64,000 bases of DNA from an uncultured Candidatus Saccharibacteria bacterium (GCA_964593365.1 CAZQGQ010000001.1:50153-114152); one strand, 5' to 3'; shown: positions 39,243 through 49,135, counted from the first letter of the stretch. Notes: generated from the letters alone by a model not told the origin. A program made the numbers and translations.

Positions 39243-40105
39243 TTTGTCACTAGTGTTTTGATCTCTTTTCGTATAGCCTCAGCGCGCTTAACATTGCGAG
39301 TTATCGTAAGTGTTGTTTTGCCTGTTTGATTCACAATGCTTTGCATTTCTCTGGCATTAAACTCAGTAAGGTTCTTTACCCCCTCGAACATTGCCTTTAT
39401 ATCTTGGAAAATAAAGTTAGGCACTTTAGTTTCGAAGACAAAGTCTCCAATAACGGTTACGTGGAAGTTATCGCTCGGAGCGCCGTAACCTGAAAGCTTG
39501 CTGTAGAGTTTGAAGTGAAAATTGGAGGCGTTATGAAGCTGGGGTACCAGGCGATTGAGAAGGGTGTGTGAGCCGCTCGCCATATACCAGTCGATATTCA
39601 TGGGCTCAAACCCATGCGCAAGCTCAACTGAACCGTCAGAGCGAAGCACTTGAATCCAAGAATAGTAATTCTTGCTATATGCATTCTTGTCCTTGTGGTC
39701 GTTGTCTCGATAATAGTATGAGATTGTCAGGAGTGCGTGGTCCCAGAACGTATCCATCTCTGTCACACGATCAAATACATAGGCTTTGGTTTCGCCCTCC
39801 TCAAGAATGATAGTTGCCTTGGTGATTTCGTTTGAAAGATGCGTTTGCTTTACTCGATCCGTGAATTTTATGAGGTTCTGTACCCAGGCACTGTAAAGAG
39901 AAAGCGTGCCGTTGTTTTTAACTATCACGCGGTCTGCAAGAAGCTGGCGCAGGATCTTATAGAACCCTTGAAGAGTCATGCCAGAAGGGTATTTGCTGAG
40001 AAAGAACTCAAAAGCCTCCTTGCTTGTTATGCCCGGTTTACGGGACAAAATATCAAGCACTATCCCTTCAGGGGAGGGTTTTTGTTCGTAGGGGTTAGGA
40101 ATCAT
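39239..40105 (-). CDS. Divergent winged-helix/TrmB-like regulator (module 5)
   Basis: wHTH-like MTLQGFYKILRQLLADRVIVK; C-terminal VIGDFVF strand; same head-to-head position as the TrmB genes. Confidence 0.65.
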   Translation of the reverse strand: MIPNPYEQKPSPEGIVLDILSRKPGITSKEAFEFFLSKYPSGMTLQGFYKILRQLLADRVIVKNNGTLSLYSAWVQNLIKFTDRVKQTHLSNEITKATIILEEGETKAYVFDRVTEMDTFWDHALLTISYYYRDNDHKDKNAYSKNYYSWIQVLRSDGSVELAHGFEPMNIDWYMASGSHTLLNRLVPQLHNASNFHFKLYSKLSGYGAPSDNFHVTVIGDFVFETKVPNFIFQDIKAMFEGVKNLTEFNAREMQSIVNQTGKTTLTITRNVKRAEAIRKEIKTLVTN

Positions 40106-40206
40106 AGGGAGTAAACGTTTCGTTTAGAATAGTATAATAGTTGATTAACTGTTTACTTTTGTCAACTACATCGTAGAGTGCTGCCGTACCAAATAACGGC
40201 ACACAT

Positions 40207-41301
40207 ATGCAAAACGTACGACAGTTAGTAACTCTGGTTGCGGCAGTTCTGGTTGTTCTTGGTGGTGCGTATGTGCTTTCCCAAGGCTCTTCAAGCTCTA
40301 GTGATACCGTGAAGATTGGGTTCATTGGTCCACTTACCGGATCGATGGCGAGCATTGGTGAATCAAGTCTTGCGGGCGCCATGCTCGCCGTAAAGGAGAT
40401 AAATGATAAAGGAGGTCTTCTTGGGAAAGAGGTTGAGCTTATCGTTGAAGACGACAAATGCTCTGCTGACGGAGCAACGGCGATTAGTAAACTTATTAAC
40501 GTAGATAAAGTAGTCGCTATCTCCGGCCCTGATTGTGGAGCCTCAGGCTCTGCGGCGCTTCCTATAGCAGAAGAAAAGCAAACTCCGGTTGTCATTCGTT
40601 GGGCATCCGCTCCTCCTCTTGCGAAGATAGGAGAGTATATTTTCCGTATCTATCCTTCAGATGCGTTTCAGGGGAGGTTTGTCGCTGATTACATCTTCAA
40701 CGAGCGAAAGGAACGGAAAGTAGCTGTTCTCTACGTCAAAAACGTATGGGGTCAGGGCATTACCGAAGTGTTTGTCGAACGGTTTAAAGAGCTTGGGGGC
40801 GAAGTAGTGTTTGAGGAAGGGGTGCTTGAAGACACTCGGGATCTTAAGACTCAGTTGAACTTGATACAGAATTCAGGCGCAGACATTCTCTTTGCGCCGC
40901 TCTACGCACCAAACGGGGTTATCGCACTTCGACAGATGAAGGAGCTTGGGTTCAAGATCCCCGTTGTCGGAGGAGACGTATTTGAAAGTGCTGAAGTTCA
41001 GGAGGCTCCTGGCGCAACTGGCGTTCTATTCTCAGCTGCGATCATCACAAACCCAGGAGACTTCCAAGCGCGTGTAGCGAAAGAGGTAGGGCGCGACGGG
41101 AGTCGAGTGACTGCGCCACTGGGGTACGACTCGGTCATGGTTATCGCTCAGGCAATTGAGCGCGCTGGCTCTCTGGATCGAGAAGGGATTCGAGATGCCC
41201 TTCAAGAAACGTCATACGCAGGAGTTGCGTTCCCCATGATTGAATTCGATCAAGACGGAGACCTGCTTGAGGCACGGTACGAAATTAAAAAGATCCACTA
41301 A
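40207..41301 (+). CDS. LivJ-type substrate-binding protein (module 5)
   Basis: VKIGFIGPLTG, EDDKCS, GPDCG, YIFRIYPSD, LGYDS. Confidence 0.92.
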   Translation: MQNVRQLVTLVAAVLVVLGGAYVLSQGSSSSSDTVKIGFIGPLTGSMASIGESSLAGAMLAVKEINDKGGLLGKEVELIVEDDKCSADGATAISKLINVDKVVAISGPDCGASGSAALPIAEEKQTPVVIRWASAPPLAKIGEYIFRIYPSDAFQGRFVADYIFNERKERKVAVLYVKNVWGQGITEVFVERFKELGGEVVFEEGVLEDTRDLKTQLNLIQNSGADILFAPLYAPNGVIALRQMKELGFKIPVVGGDVFESAEVQEAPGATGVLFSAAIITNPGDFQARVAKEVGRDGSRVTAPLGYDSVMVIAQAIERAGSLDREGIRDALQETSYAGVAFPMIEFDQDGDLLEARYEIKKIH

Positions 41302-41305
41302 AAGA

Positions 41306-42082
41306 TTAATCTTTCACGATTAATGTTGATACATCCCACACTAACTCAAACTGGGACCGTAGAAAGTCCGCAAAGTCCTTACTTCGAACTACGAACCCGT
41401 ATGCTTCGCGTTTGGAGGAAATAAAGGCTGCGGTGTGGCCAGAGAGCCAATACCCCATACTAAGCGTCTTCATGTTCTTGGGGGCCATACGGACTTCCCG
41501 CATCGACTCATTACCAACTTTCGGATTGAACTGTCGGTTTAAATTATCTAAATCGTCAGTGTACGACCATATACCCCGTACATATATTTTATTCTTTATT
41601 CGCTTCTCAACGATGTCGACCATATTCTCTGCGCCAAGAAGATTAACCACGTCTTCGATGGACCACATAGCGATACTATCGGTGTCGCCGGAATAAACAA
41701 TCTGATTCAGTGCTTGCTTTACACCTTCCTTTCCCGAATAGAACTTGAATTTGGGATCAACGGATTCGAACTGCTGCATCAAGGCAGGGATTTCAAGCGC
41801 GACCCGATCTCGCTCTTCTGCCAAGTGTTCAATCTTGTCATTAAGAAGGCGGGTGAGTTGCTTAGGATCGTCTACCTGATAAAGGTTCTTTGTTCCTTCA
41901 AATCGTTCGACAACCAGTCCCCGGTTTATTAACGCCTTGAGATAGTCGTAGGTGGATTGTCTATTTATCTCTAAACGTTCCGCAATTTGTTTGGCCGATG
42001 AAGGCCCATATTCCAGTAGGGAGGCGAACACCTGATGACTTGCCTCAGAAAGGCCTAGTTCCTCAAATGTCTGTTTAAGCAT
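41306..42082 (-). CDS. TrmB-family regulator (module 6)
   Basis: LGLSEAS...NRQSTYDYLKALINRGL; PKFKFYSGKEGV; ISSKREAYGFVV. Confidence 0.9.
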   Translation of the reverse strand: MLKQTFEELGLSEASHQVFASLLEYGPSSAKQIAERLEINRQSTYDYLKALINRGLVVERFEGTKNLYQVDDPKQLTRLLNDKIEHLAEERDRVALEIPALMQQFESVDPKFKFYSGKEGVKQALNQIVYSGDTDSIAMWSIEDVVNLLGAENMVDIVEKRIKNKIYVRGIWSYTDDLDNLNRQFNPKVGNESMREVRMAPKNMKTLSMGYWLSGHTAAFISSKREAYGFVVRSKDFADFLRSQFELVWDVSTLIVKD

Positions 42083-42161
42083 GTAGATACTATATGCCTC
42101 AGTTGTCGAGTTGTCGACGACACATTTACATCAGGACGTATTTGGAATAAAGTCAAGGGCA

Positions 42162-43298
42162 ATGAAAAACATATTCTGGATTGGAGCGGCAGCTGTCCTC
42201 CTTGGGATCATTACTATCTTTAGCATTTCAGGCCCTAAGCCTGCTTCCGGAGAACCGATAAAAATTGGAATCTCAACCATGCTGAGCGGAGACTACGCTG
42301 CACTGGGGGACAATATTGTAAAAACAGCAGAATTGGCTGTTGCTGAAGTTAACGTCAAAGGAGGTATTAATGGAAGGCCACTGGAGCTTGTAGTTCAGGA
42401 TGCAGGCCTTGATAGTAAGACCGGTCTTGCGGCAGCACAAAAACTTATTAACGTTGACGGCGTTAAATATATTATTGGCGGTACATCCAGTAACGGTACG
42501 CTTGCTGCAGCTCCATTGGCAAATGAGCACAAGGTTATTTATATGACCCCCGTTACAGGCGGAGCAAATGTGGACTCTGCTGGCGAATATATCTTCCGCG
42601 TTGCAAATGGTGACCTCCTTGCTGGTAAGCAGCTTGCAGAAGCAGCAGTGAAGCTCGGGTACAAGAACGTTGCAGTTGTAGCTGAAGTTACTGAATACAC
42701 TCTCGACATCAAGAAGAGTTTCGAAGAAGCGATTAAAGACCAAGGAGCAGTAGTTGTTGCATCTGAGGAGTTTCAGCCAGGGACGACCGACTTCAGAACT
42801 ATTATTGCGAAAGTGAAAACGCAAAACCCTGAAGCCATTCTTATCGTCTCTCAAACGGGAGTGGGCGGGGCAAACTTCGTAAAACAATCTCGAGAAGCGG
42901 GTATAGAAGCACCCCTCTTCTCAGACTTTAACTTTGTAGCAAATACGAGCGCCAAAGAAATAGTTGGATCGTTTGAGGGAATTTATTTTGCTGACCCTGC
43001 GTATGGAGCAGACGCAGGAGAAACAAAAGCGTTCTTTGAGAGATACGAAATAGCATATGGTTCTCAACCCTTTATTCCTTTTCACTCAGCATCTACATAT
43101 GACTCGGTCATGATGGTTGCTGACGCCCTTAAGGCTGTGGGAGATGACAGCATAAAAGTGCACGACTGGCTTCTGGGTGAAGTACAGAACCGCAAAGGAC
43201 TTATGGGGACATTCTCTATTGATCAGCAAGGAAACTCAGATTTAGGCTTTGTTATTAAGGTTATACGAGATGGGAAACCGGAGGTGGTTTTCAATTAA
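42162..43298 (+). CDS. LivJ-type substrate-binding protein (module 6)
   Basis: IKIG, GGINGRPLELVVQD, GGTSS, GTTDFRT, YDSV; start MKNIFW. Confidence 0.92.
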   Translation: MKNIFWIGAAAVLLGIITIFSISGPKPASGEPIKIGISTMLSGDYAALGDNIVKTAELAVAEVNVKGGINGRPLELVVQDAGLDSKTGLAAAQKLINVDGVKYIIGGTSSNGTLAAAPLANEHKVIYMTPVTGGANVDSAGEYIFRVANGDLLAGKQLAEAAVKLGYKNVAVVAEVTEYTLDIKKSFEEAIKDQGAVVVASEEFQPGTTDFRTIIAKVKTQNPEAILIVSQTGVGGANFVKQSREAGIEAPLFSDFNFVANTSAKEIVGSFEGIYFADPAYGADAGETKAFFERYEIAYGSQPFIPFHSASTYDSVMMVADALKAVGDDSIKVHDWLLGEVQNRKGLMGTFSIDQQGNSDLGFVIKVIRDGKPEVVFN

Positions 43299-43317
43299 AA
43301 TACGCTACACTATTCGA

Positions 43318-44049
43318 GTGAACACACTCGAGACCAAAGACCTCGCAAAAGTATTCGGCGGCGTGAAAGCTGTTAACGGTCTTTCTGTCTCCATTCCAAA
43401 GGGAAAGATTACGGGTGTCATTGGTCCAAATGGATCAGGTAAAACGACGCTTACGAACGTTCTCACAGGAATCTATCCTATAGATGGAGGTGTCGTTGTT
43501 ATCGAAGGCAAGGAACGCTCAAAGATAAAATCGCATGAGGTGTTTTCACTTGGCCTCACGCGCACCTTCCAAAACGTACGGGTGTTTGAGCAGGTAAGCG
43601 TGCTTGATAACGTGCTTATCGCACTCACGCGTCGCAACATCCTAGGCTCTTTGTTTGAGCGCGCTAATGGAGAACACGCAAAGAAAGCACAAGAAGTACT
43701 TGAGCGTGTAGGGCTCTGGGATAAGCGAGAGGCAAACGCCTCAGAACTTTCATACGGACAAAGAAAGCTTCTTGAGATTGCTCGCGCGCTTGCAACTGGC
43801 ACAAACACTATTCTTTTTGACGAACCATACGCAGGACTGTTCCCTGAGATGGTGAAGCTTGTCTCAAGCATCATGCGAGATCTCCGAAGCGAAGGGAAAA
43901 CCATCGTGCTTATCGAACACGACATGGCGCTTATTCGGGAACTCTGCGACTACGTTATCGTCATGGATGCAGGAAAACTTCTCGCGCACGGAACCGCAGA
44001 AGAAGCGCTTTCCAATAAGGCAGTTATTGAGGCGTACTTGGGCGTGTAG
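43318..44049 (+). CDS. livG: HAAT-family ABC transporter ATP-binding protein
   Basis: FGGVKAV, GPNGSGKTT, RTFQ, LSYGQRKLLEIARAL, IEHDM; GTG start 6 nt after TACACT. Confidence 0.93.
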   Translation: MNTLETKDLAKVFGGVKAVNGLSVSIPKGKITGVIGPNGSGKTTLTNVLTGIYPIDGGVVVIEGKERSKIKSHEVFSLGLTRTFQNVRVFEQVSVLDNVLIALTRRNILGSLFERANGEHAKKAQEVLERVGLWDKREANASELSYGQRKLLEIARALATGTNTILFDEPYAGLFPEMVKLVSSIMRDLRSEGKTIVLIEHDMALIRELCDYVIVMDAGKLLAHGTAEEALSNKAVIEAYLGV

Positions 44050-44050
44050 G

Positions 44051-45160
44051 CTATCTGTCGATAGATACGAAGGCTCCGTTTCGGATTACCTTGAATGAGG
44101 TTGGTTTATAGGCTGTTCCGTCTGTCTCGATACTTATGGAGCCACTGACGCCATCATAGTTTTTTACTGAGTGAAAGAATTCAAGCATGCAGTCGGTTTC
44201 ATCTGCGCAGCGGTCATAGGCAGCCGACTCAAGCATGAGTCCGTCATAGGCGTTTCGAGCAAAGACGTCGGCTTCTTGGCCAAATCGTTCTTTGTAGCGA
44301 CGATTAAAGTCGAGCACATCCTCACTTGGAGGAAGCGGTTCGTCAGAAGAGATGTAAAACCCCTCTGCGGAAGCTCCTGCAATTTCAATGACACTAGGAT
44401 CCTCGTTCTGGGAGTTCCCTAGTATACGAGCCTCTATTCCAAGCTCGTCTGCTTGTTTTAGAAGATTGCCCAGAGGTTTCGCTAGTTGCACAACGAATAT
44501 GACATCTGGGTTCTTTTCCTTAATTTTTGTAAGCTCAGTCCGAAAGTCTGACGCGTCTATGAGCGTGACTTGTTCAAGCAGGACTTCACCGCCGCGCTCT
44601 TCGAATGCCGTCGAGAAGTGCTTGCGGTAGTCTTCGCCAAGCGGGGTGTTGTAGTAGAGGATTGCTGCTGTCTTTGCGCGCAGTGTATTTGCAGCAAACG
44701 TTCCAAGTTCAGTTGCTTTGAGTTTGATGGATGTGTTGGTCGAGACTACGTATGTATGACCAAGAACTGAATCCGGATTGGGAGCCAGGTTTACACCGAT
44801 TAGCTGATGCTTTTCTAGGAGATCAATGACTGGTACAAAGCCTGCTACGCAAAATGACCCGCCTAGTAGAGTGATGCGGTCACTTTCGATAAGTTTCGTA
44901 ATTGCAGAAAGGGCATCTTTAGGTTGGCACGCATCTTCGTAGATGACCTCGACTATAGAGCCCCGAGCAGCCAAGTCTTCTTTTGCAAGTTCAAAGCCAT
45001 TGCGTACTCGTTCTCCCAGCACGGCAAAGTTGCCTGACAGGGGAATCAAAACACCAACACGCAGCCCTTCCTTCTTTGGCCCTTGGGAAAGCTGAAAACC
45101 AAGGATCACGGCGGCAAGGATAATCACAACCGCACCGACTACCAGATGGCTCTTATTCAT
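44051..45160 (-). CDS. LivJ-type substrate-binding protein (module 7)
   Basis: VGVLIPLSG, YEDAC, SDFRTELTK, AYDG. Confidence 0.9.
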   Translation of the reverse strand: MNKSHLVVGAVVIILAAVILGFQLSQGPKKEGLRVGVLIPLSGNFAVLGERVRNGFELAKEDLAARGSIVEVIYEDACQPKDALSAITKLIESDRITLLGGSFCVAGFVPVIDLLEKHQLIGVNLAPNPDSVLGHTYVVSTNTSIKLKATELGTFAANTLRAKTAAILYYNTPLGEDYRKHFSTAFEERGGEVLLEQVTLIDASDFRTELTKIKEKNPDVIFVVQLAKPLGNLLKQADELGIEARILGNSQNEDPSVIEIAGASAEGFYISSDEPLPPSEDVLDFNRRYKERFGQEADVFARNAYDGLMLESAAYDRCADETDCMLEFFHSVKNYDGVSGSISIETDGTAYKPTSFKVIRNGAFVSIDR

Positions 45161-45209
45161 GGTTTCTGCAAGTTATTGACAACGTGCAGAGGTTAGGATG
45201 TATACTACG

Positions 45210-45245
45210 AGTGGCCAATATCACCGCGTGGTGGCACACACCACC
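45210..45245. promoter_or_regulatory. Tandem operator-like sites GGTG-N8-CACC
   Basis: aGTG gccaatat CACC gcgt GGTG gcacacac CACC. Confidence 0.6.
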
Positions 45246-45271
45246 AACATAAGAAACACCATATAAACTCT

Positions 45272-46018
45272 ATGTATAGTGAAATCCTCTCGAAACTAGA
45301 CTTATCGAAGAATGAGTCCAAGATTTATGAAACTCTCCTTGAGGAAGGAGAGTCATCGGTAGGATTCATTGCTACCAAATCGAAGATAAACAGGAGAAAC
45401 GTATACGACTCCATGAATCGTCTTGTAGAAAAAGGGCTCGTCTTTGAAATATTCCAGAAGAACGAGAATCAATATAAAGCTGTGGGTCCGCACAAGCTTC
45501 TAGACCTCCTCAAGGAAAAAGAATCGGCGCTCATGTCGATCATGCCGAATTTAGAAAAGCTCTACAATGGTGTTGCGCACGAAGAAGATGTTTACTTATA
45601 CAAAGGTATTGAGGGTTGGAAGAATTTTATGCGCGATATTCTTCGGATTAACGAGGATGTATATATCATTGGAGGGAAAGGGGCTTGGGCTGATCCCAAA
45701 CTTGATGGCTTTCGAGAGGACTTTCTTAAAGAGGCAAAGAAGCAGGGTATAGAGATACATGTCCTCTATGATCCCGAGATTCAAGAAAAGAATCATCCGA
45801 TTCTTTCGCTCCTCAACAGCACACACCGCTTTTTGCCGAAAGGACTGTCTTCAGCTGGAGCAGTGACGGTCTTCGGTAATCAAGTTGTTATGCAGTCGGC
45901 TATCAAGGTGGGGCAAATACAAGAAAACGTCACTTCAACCGTTCTTATCAATGAACCCATTGCCGAGATGTTTCGTATCTGGTTCAAGCTCATGTGGGAG
46001 GCTAGCGAGAAACCATAA
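45272..46018 (+). CDS. TrmB-family regulator (module 7), close paralog of module 4
   Basis: LSKNESKIY...NRRNVYDSMNRLVEKG; YKGIEGWKNF; GGKGAW. Confidence 0.9.
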   Translation: MYSEILSKLDLSKNESKIYETLLEEGESSVGFIATKSKINRRNVYDSMNRLVEKGLVFEIFQKNENQYKAVGPHKLLDLLKEKESALMSIMPNLEKLYNGVAHEEDVYLYKGIEGWKNFMRDILRINEDVYIIGGKGAWADPKLDGFREDFLKEAKKQGIEIHVLYDPEIQEKNHPILSLLNSTHRFLPKGLSSAGAVTVFGNQVVMQSAIKVGQIQENVTSTVLINEPIAEMFRIWFKLMWEASEKP

Positions 46019-46048
46019 AAGGTTATTTCCTTGAGGTACAATATTTCT

Positions 46049-46774
46049 GTGTCTAAAGAAACTCTACTCAAACTCAACGATATTCACGTCCACTACGGAG
46101 GCGTGAAGGCACTTGATGGCGCGTCAGTCACTTTGGACGAAGGAGAGATTGTCGCGCTCATGGGACCAAATGGCGCAGGCAAATCAACGATCCTTAAAGC
46201 GCTCTTCGGTCTTGCTCCGATAAAAGCAGGGGCAGTGCTTTGGGAAGGACATGCATTCACTCCTGTTCCTCATGAAGTAGTAGACCGCGGCATAGCTTTT
46301 GTTCCTCAGGGACGCCGTGTGTTTGCCGATCTTACCGTCGAAGAGAACCTCGAGATCGGCGGATTCAAAGTAGGGAATGCTCGCTTAATCAAAGAACGAA
46401 TACAAGAACTTTACGAACTCTTCCCGGTGTTGAAGGAGAAGCGACATGCGAAATCAGGAACACTTTCTGGAGGACAGCAGCAGATGCTCGCTATCTCCCG
46501 CGGCCTTATGACCGATCCTAAAGTCCTTCTTCTCGATGAGCCTTCCCTCGGTCTTTCTCCGAAGTTCGTTACCGAGATCTTCGCGTTCGTGAAAGATATT
46601 AACGAAAAGCGGAAAACCTCGATCATGGTCGTCGAGCACAACATCAAATCTCTCCTTACTATCGCCACCCGTGGCTACATCCTCGATAAAGGGAAGGTAG
46701 TCGCTCACGGCTCTCCGCAGGAACTAGTATCCAAAGGTACGCTCGAAAAGGTCTTCACCGGGGCTGCGCTCTAA
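46049..46774 (+). CDS. livF: HAAT-family ABC transporter ATP-binding protein
   Basis: GPNGAGKST, VPQGRRVF, LSGGQQQMLA, DEPSLGLSP; GTG start 6 nt after TACAAT. Confidence 0.93.
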   Translation: MSKETLLKLNDIHVHYGGVKALDGASVTLDEGEIVALMGPNGAGKSTILKALFGLAPIKAGAVLWEGHAFTPVPHEVVDRGIAFVPQGRRVFADLTVEENLEIGGFKVGNARLIKERIQELYELFPVLKEKRHAKSGTLSGGQQQMLAISRGLMTDPKVLLLDEPSLGLSPKFVTEIFAFVKDINEKRKTSIMVVEHNIKSLLTIATRGYILDKGKVVAHGSPQELVSKGTLEKVFTGAAL

Positions 46775-46790
46775 GTGCTATCATTGGCAG

Positions 46791-47528
46791 ATGTTAATTG
46801 TCGCCAACTGGAAAGCGTACGTAGACTCTAAGGAAAAGGCGAAAAAGCTCTTTGCCGCTGCTAAGCGCCTTTCAACAGTGAAGCGCGTGAAGATCGTGCT
46901 CGCTCCTCCCACCCCGTATCTAGGACTCTTGGCGCTCAACAACCGCACTAAGATCATGTTTGCGGCTCAAGACGTATCAGAGGCAACTGCAGCAACAGTC
47001 ACGGGGGAAGTAACAGCTCCTATTTTGAAGAGCATGGGCGTTAAGTACGTCATCATCGGCCACTCAGAACGTCGACGACGAGGAGAGAGCGATGAGCTCA
47101 TTACCGAGAAAGTCCGTCGAGCTCTTGCTAACGGCATAACGCCTATCCTTTGTATCGGAGAGCGTGAGCGTGATCCGGACGCTCGCTATCTCGCATTCCT
47201 TCGAAACCAGATCGTTTCCGTATTCTCTGGCCTCTCTCCCAAAGAACGCCTTGGCATCATCATCGCGTACGAACCCATCTTCGCTATCGGAAAGACGGCA
47301 GCAGACGCGCTTAACTCAGCAGACGTTGCTGAGATGGTTCTTTATATACGCAAAGTGTTGAGCGAGCTTGGTATTAGCAAGACCGGCATAAAGATTTTGT
47401 ACGGAGCATCCGTTGAGCCGGAAAATATCCGAGGCCTTGCAGGCGGGAGCGGTGTCGACGGATTTCTGGTGGGACACGCAAGCGCAGATCCTGCGATGTT
47501 CTCTGCGTTCGTGAAGACTTTGACGTGA
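46791..47528 (+). CDS. tpiA: Triosephosphate isomerase
   Basis: ANWK, GHSERR, AYEPIFAIG, YGASV. Confidence 0.93.
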   Translation: MLIVANWKAYVDSKEKAKKLFAAAKRLSTVKRVKIVLAPPTPYLGLLALNNRTKIMFAAQDVSEATAATVTGEVTAPILKSMGVKYVIIGHSERRRRGESDELITEKVRRALANGITPILCIGERERDPDARYLAFLRNQIVSVFSGLSPKERLGIIIAYEPIFAIGKTAADALNSADVAEMVLYIRKVLSELGISKTGIKILYGASVEPENIRGLAGGSGVDGFLVGHASADPAMFSAFVKTLT

Positions 47529-48658
47529 GGACAATACAAGACATCAAGGTTCTAGAAAATGTTTCAGTGCTTGTCCGCACTTCCTTGAATGTGCCCGTCG
47601 AGAACGGAAAGGTCGAAAACACCTTTCGCCTCAAGGCCGCGCTTCCAACGATCGCCTACCTTCAGGAGCGCCACGCCCGCGTCATCTTGATAAGCCATAT
47701 AACCGGTAAGGGAACAGAGACTCTGGAGCCCATGTATAAGGCGATGCGCGAGTGGGTGCCTAACCTTTCTTTCTGTCCGGTTTCAACAGGTCCGCAGGCC
47801 CGCCAAGCAGTGCGCGACCTCATGCCAGGACACGTGCTCATGCTCGAGAATCTCCGCCGCAATGTAGGCGAAGAGAAGAATGATCCTGAACTAGCGAAAG
47901 AACTTTCAATGCTTGCGGACGTATTCGTACAAGATTCTTTCGATACCTGCCACCGAAAGCACGCGTCTATTGTCGGAGTTCCTGAACTTCTGCCGTCGTA
48001 TGCAGGCTTCACGGTTGAAGCTGAAGTATATGAGCTATCAAAAGCCTTAAAGCCGAAACATCCTGCGGTTGCCATCATCGGAGGCGCGAAGTTCTCTACC
48101 AAAGAGCCCGTTCTGAAAGTGCTCCTTAAAACCTATGACCGTGTGTTTGTGGGCGGAGCGCTGGCAAACGACTTCCTAAAAGCAAAAGGTTTTTCAGTTG
48201 GAGCGTCCCTGGTCTCAGACGAAGGACAGACCGGCATTCGTGAGCTTCTGAAAAACAAGCGACTCGTCACTCCTTCGGACGTTATTGTCGCTCCACCTAA
48301 TACAGACCGCAAGGAAGGACATGTTGTCTCGGTCTCTGATATTCCTGAGAACGAAGCAGTACTTGATGCAGGCCCACAGACCGCCGAAGAACTCGTACAA
48401 CTGGTAACCAAATCAAAGATGGTGCTCTGGAACGGCCCGCTTGGTCTCTTCGAGCACGGGTTTGTCGACTCTACCCGCACCCTTATCCGTGCGGTCGCAG
48501 CGTCTAAAACACACTCAATCATTGGTGGCGGAGATACGGTCGAAGCGATCGAAGAACTCGGTGTTCGCGCTGAATTCTCCTTTATTTCAACGGGAGGAGG
48601 CGCCATGCTTGATTACCTTGCGTACGGGACGCTTCCCGGACTCCAAGCACTTCGGTAG
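47525..48658 (+). CDS. pgk: Phosphoglycerate kinase
   Basis: LNVP, LENLR, GGAK, WNGPLG, GGGDT, STGGGA. Confidence 0.95.
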   Translation: MRTIQDIKVLENVSVLVRTSLNVPVENGKVENTFRLKAALPTIAYLQERHARVILISHITGKGTETLEPMYKAMREWVPNLSFCPVSTGPQARQAVRDLMPGHVLMLENLRRNVGEEKNDPELAKELSMLADVFVQDSFDTCHRKHASIVGVPELLPSYAGFTVEAEVYELSKALKPKHPAVAIIGGAKFSTKEPVLKVLLKTYDRVFVGGALANDFLKAKGFSVGASLVSDEGQTGIRELLKNKRLVTPSDVIVAPPNTDRKEGHVVSVSDIPENEAVLDAGPQTAEELVQLVTKSKMVLWNGPLGLFEHGFVDSTRTLIRAVAASKTHSIIGGGDTVEAIEELGVRAEFSFISTGGGAMLDYLAYGTLPGLQALR

Positions 48659-48667
48659 AATAGAGGA

Positions 48668-49129
48668 ATGAAAGGTGATTGTATCTTTTGCCAGATAGTC
48701 CAAGGCACCGCTCCTGCTCACACGATATGGGAAGACGACAAGCATCTGGCATTCCTATCCATATTTCCGAACACCGAAGGGTTTTCAGTGGTTATTCCGA
48801 AAGAGCATCAGGGAAGCTACTTCGCCGAAGTGGAGGAAGGGGTCACGTCCGACCTCATCAAGGCCGCCCGCAAGGTAGCAAAGAAGATAGATGCGGCATT
48901 CCCGGAAGTCGGACGCACCGCGCTCATCTTCGAAGGCTTTGGCGTTGACCATTTGCACGCGAAGCTCGTTCCTCTCCATGGCACCGCCTCCGACACCTGG
49001 AAACAGCATCGCTCATCGGTAGGGAAGTATTTCACCTCCTACGAAGGATACGTATCTTCCCATGACTTCGAGCGGGCAGACGATGAGGTGCTTGCGAAAA
49101 TTGCGAAAAAGATTCGAGGAGCAGCATAA
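48668..49129 (+). CDS. HIT-family nucleotide hydrolase
   Basis: CIFCQI, VIPKEH, HLHAK (HxHxK variant). Confidence 0.88.
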   Translation: MKGDCIFCQIVQGTAPAHTIWEDDKHLAFLSIFPNTEGFSVVIPKEHQGSYFAEVEEGVTSDLIKAARKVAKKIDAAFPEVGRTALIFEGFGVDHLHAKLVPLHGTASDTWKQHRSSVGKYFTSYEGYVSSHDFERADDEVLAKIAKKIRGAA

Positions 49130-49135
49130 GGAGCC

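Noticed and set aside
31295-46018. Module array as prophage, transposon or invertible shufflon
   Set aside because: No recombinase, transposase or phage gene, and no shared recombination site at module boundaries that I could see.
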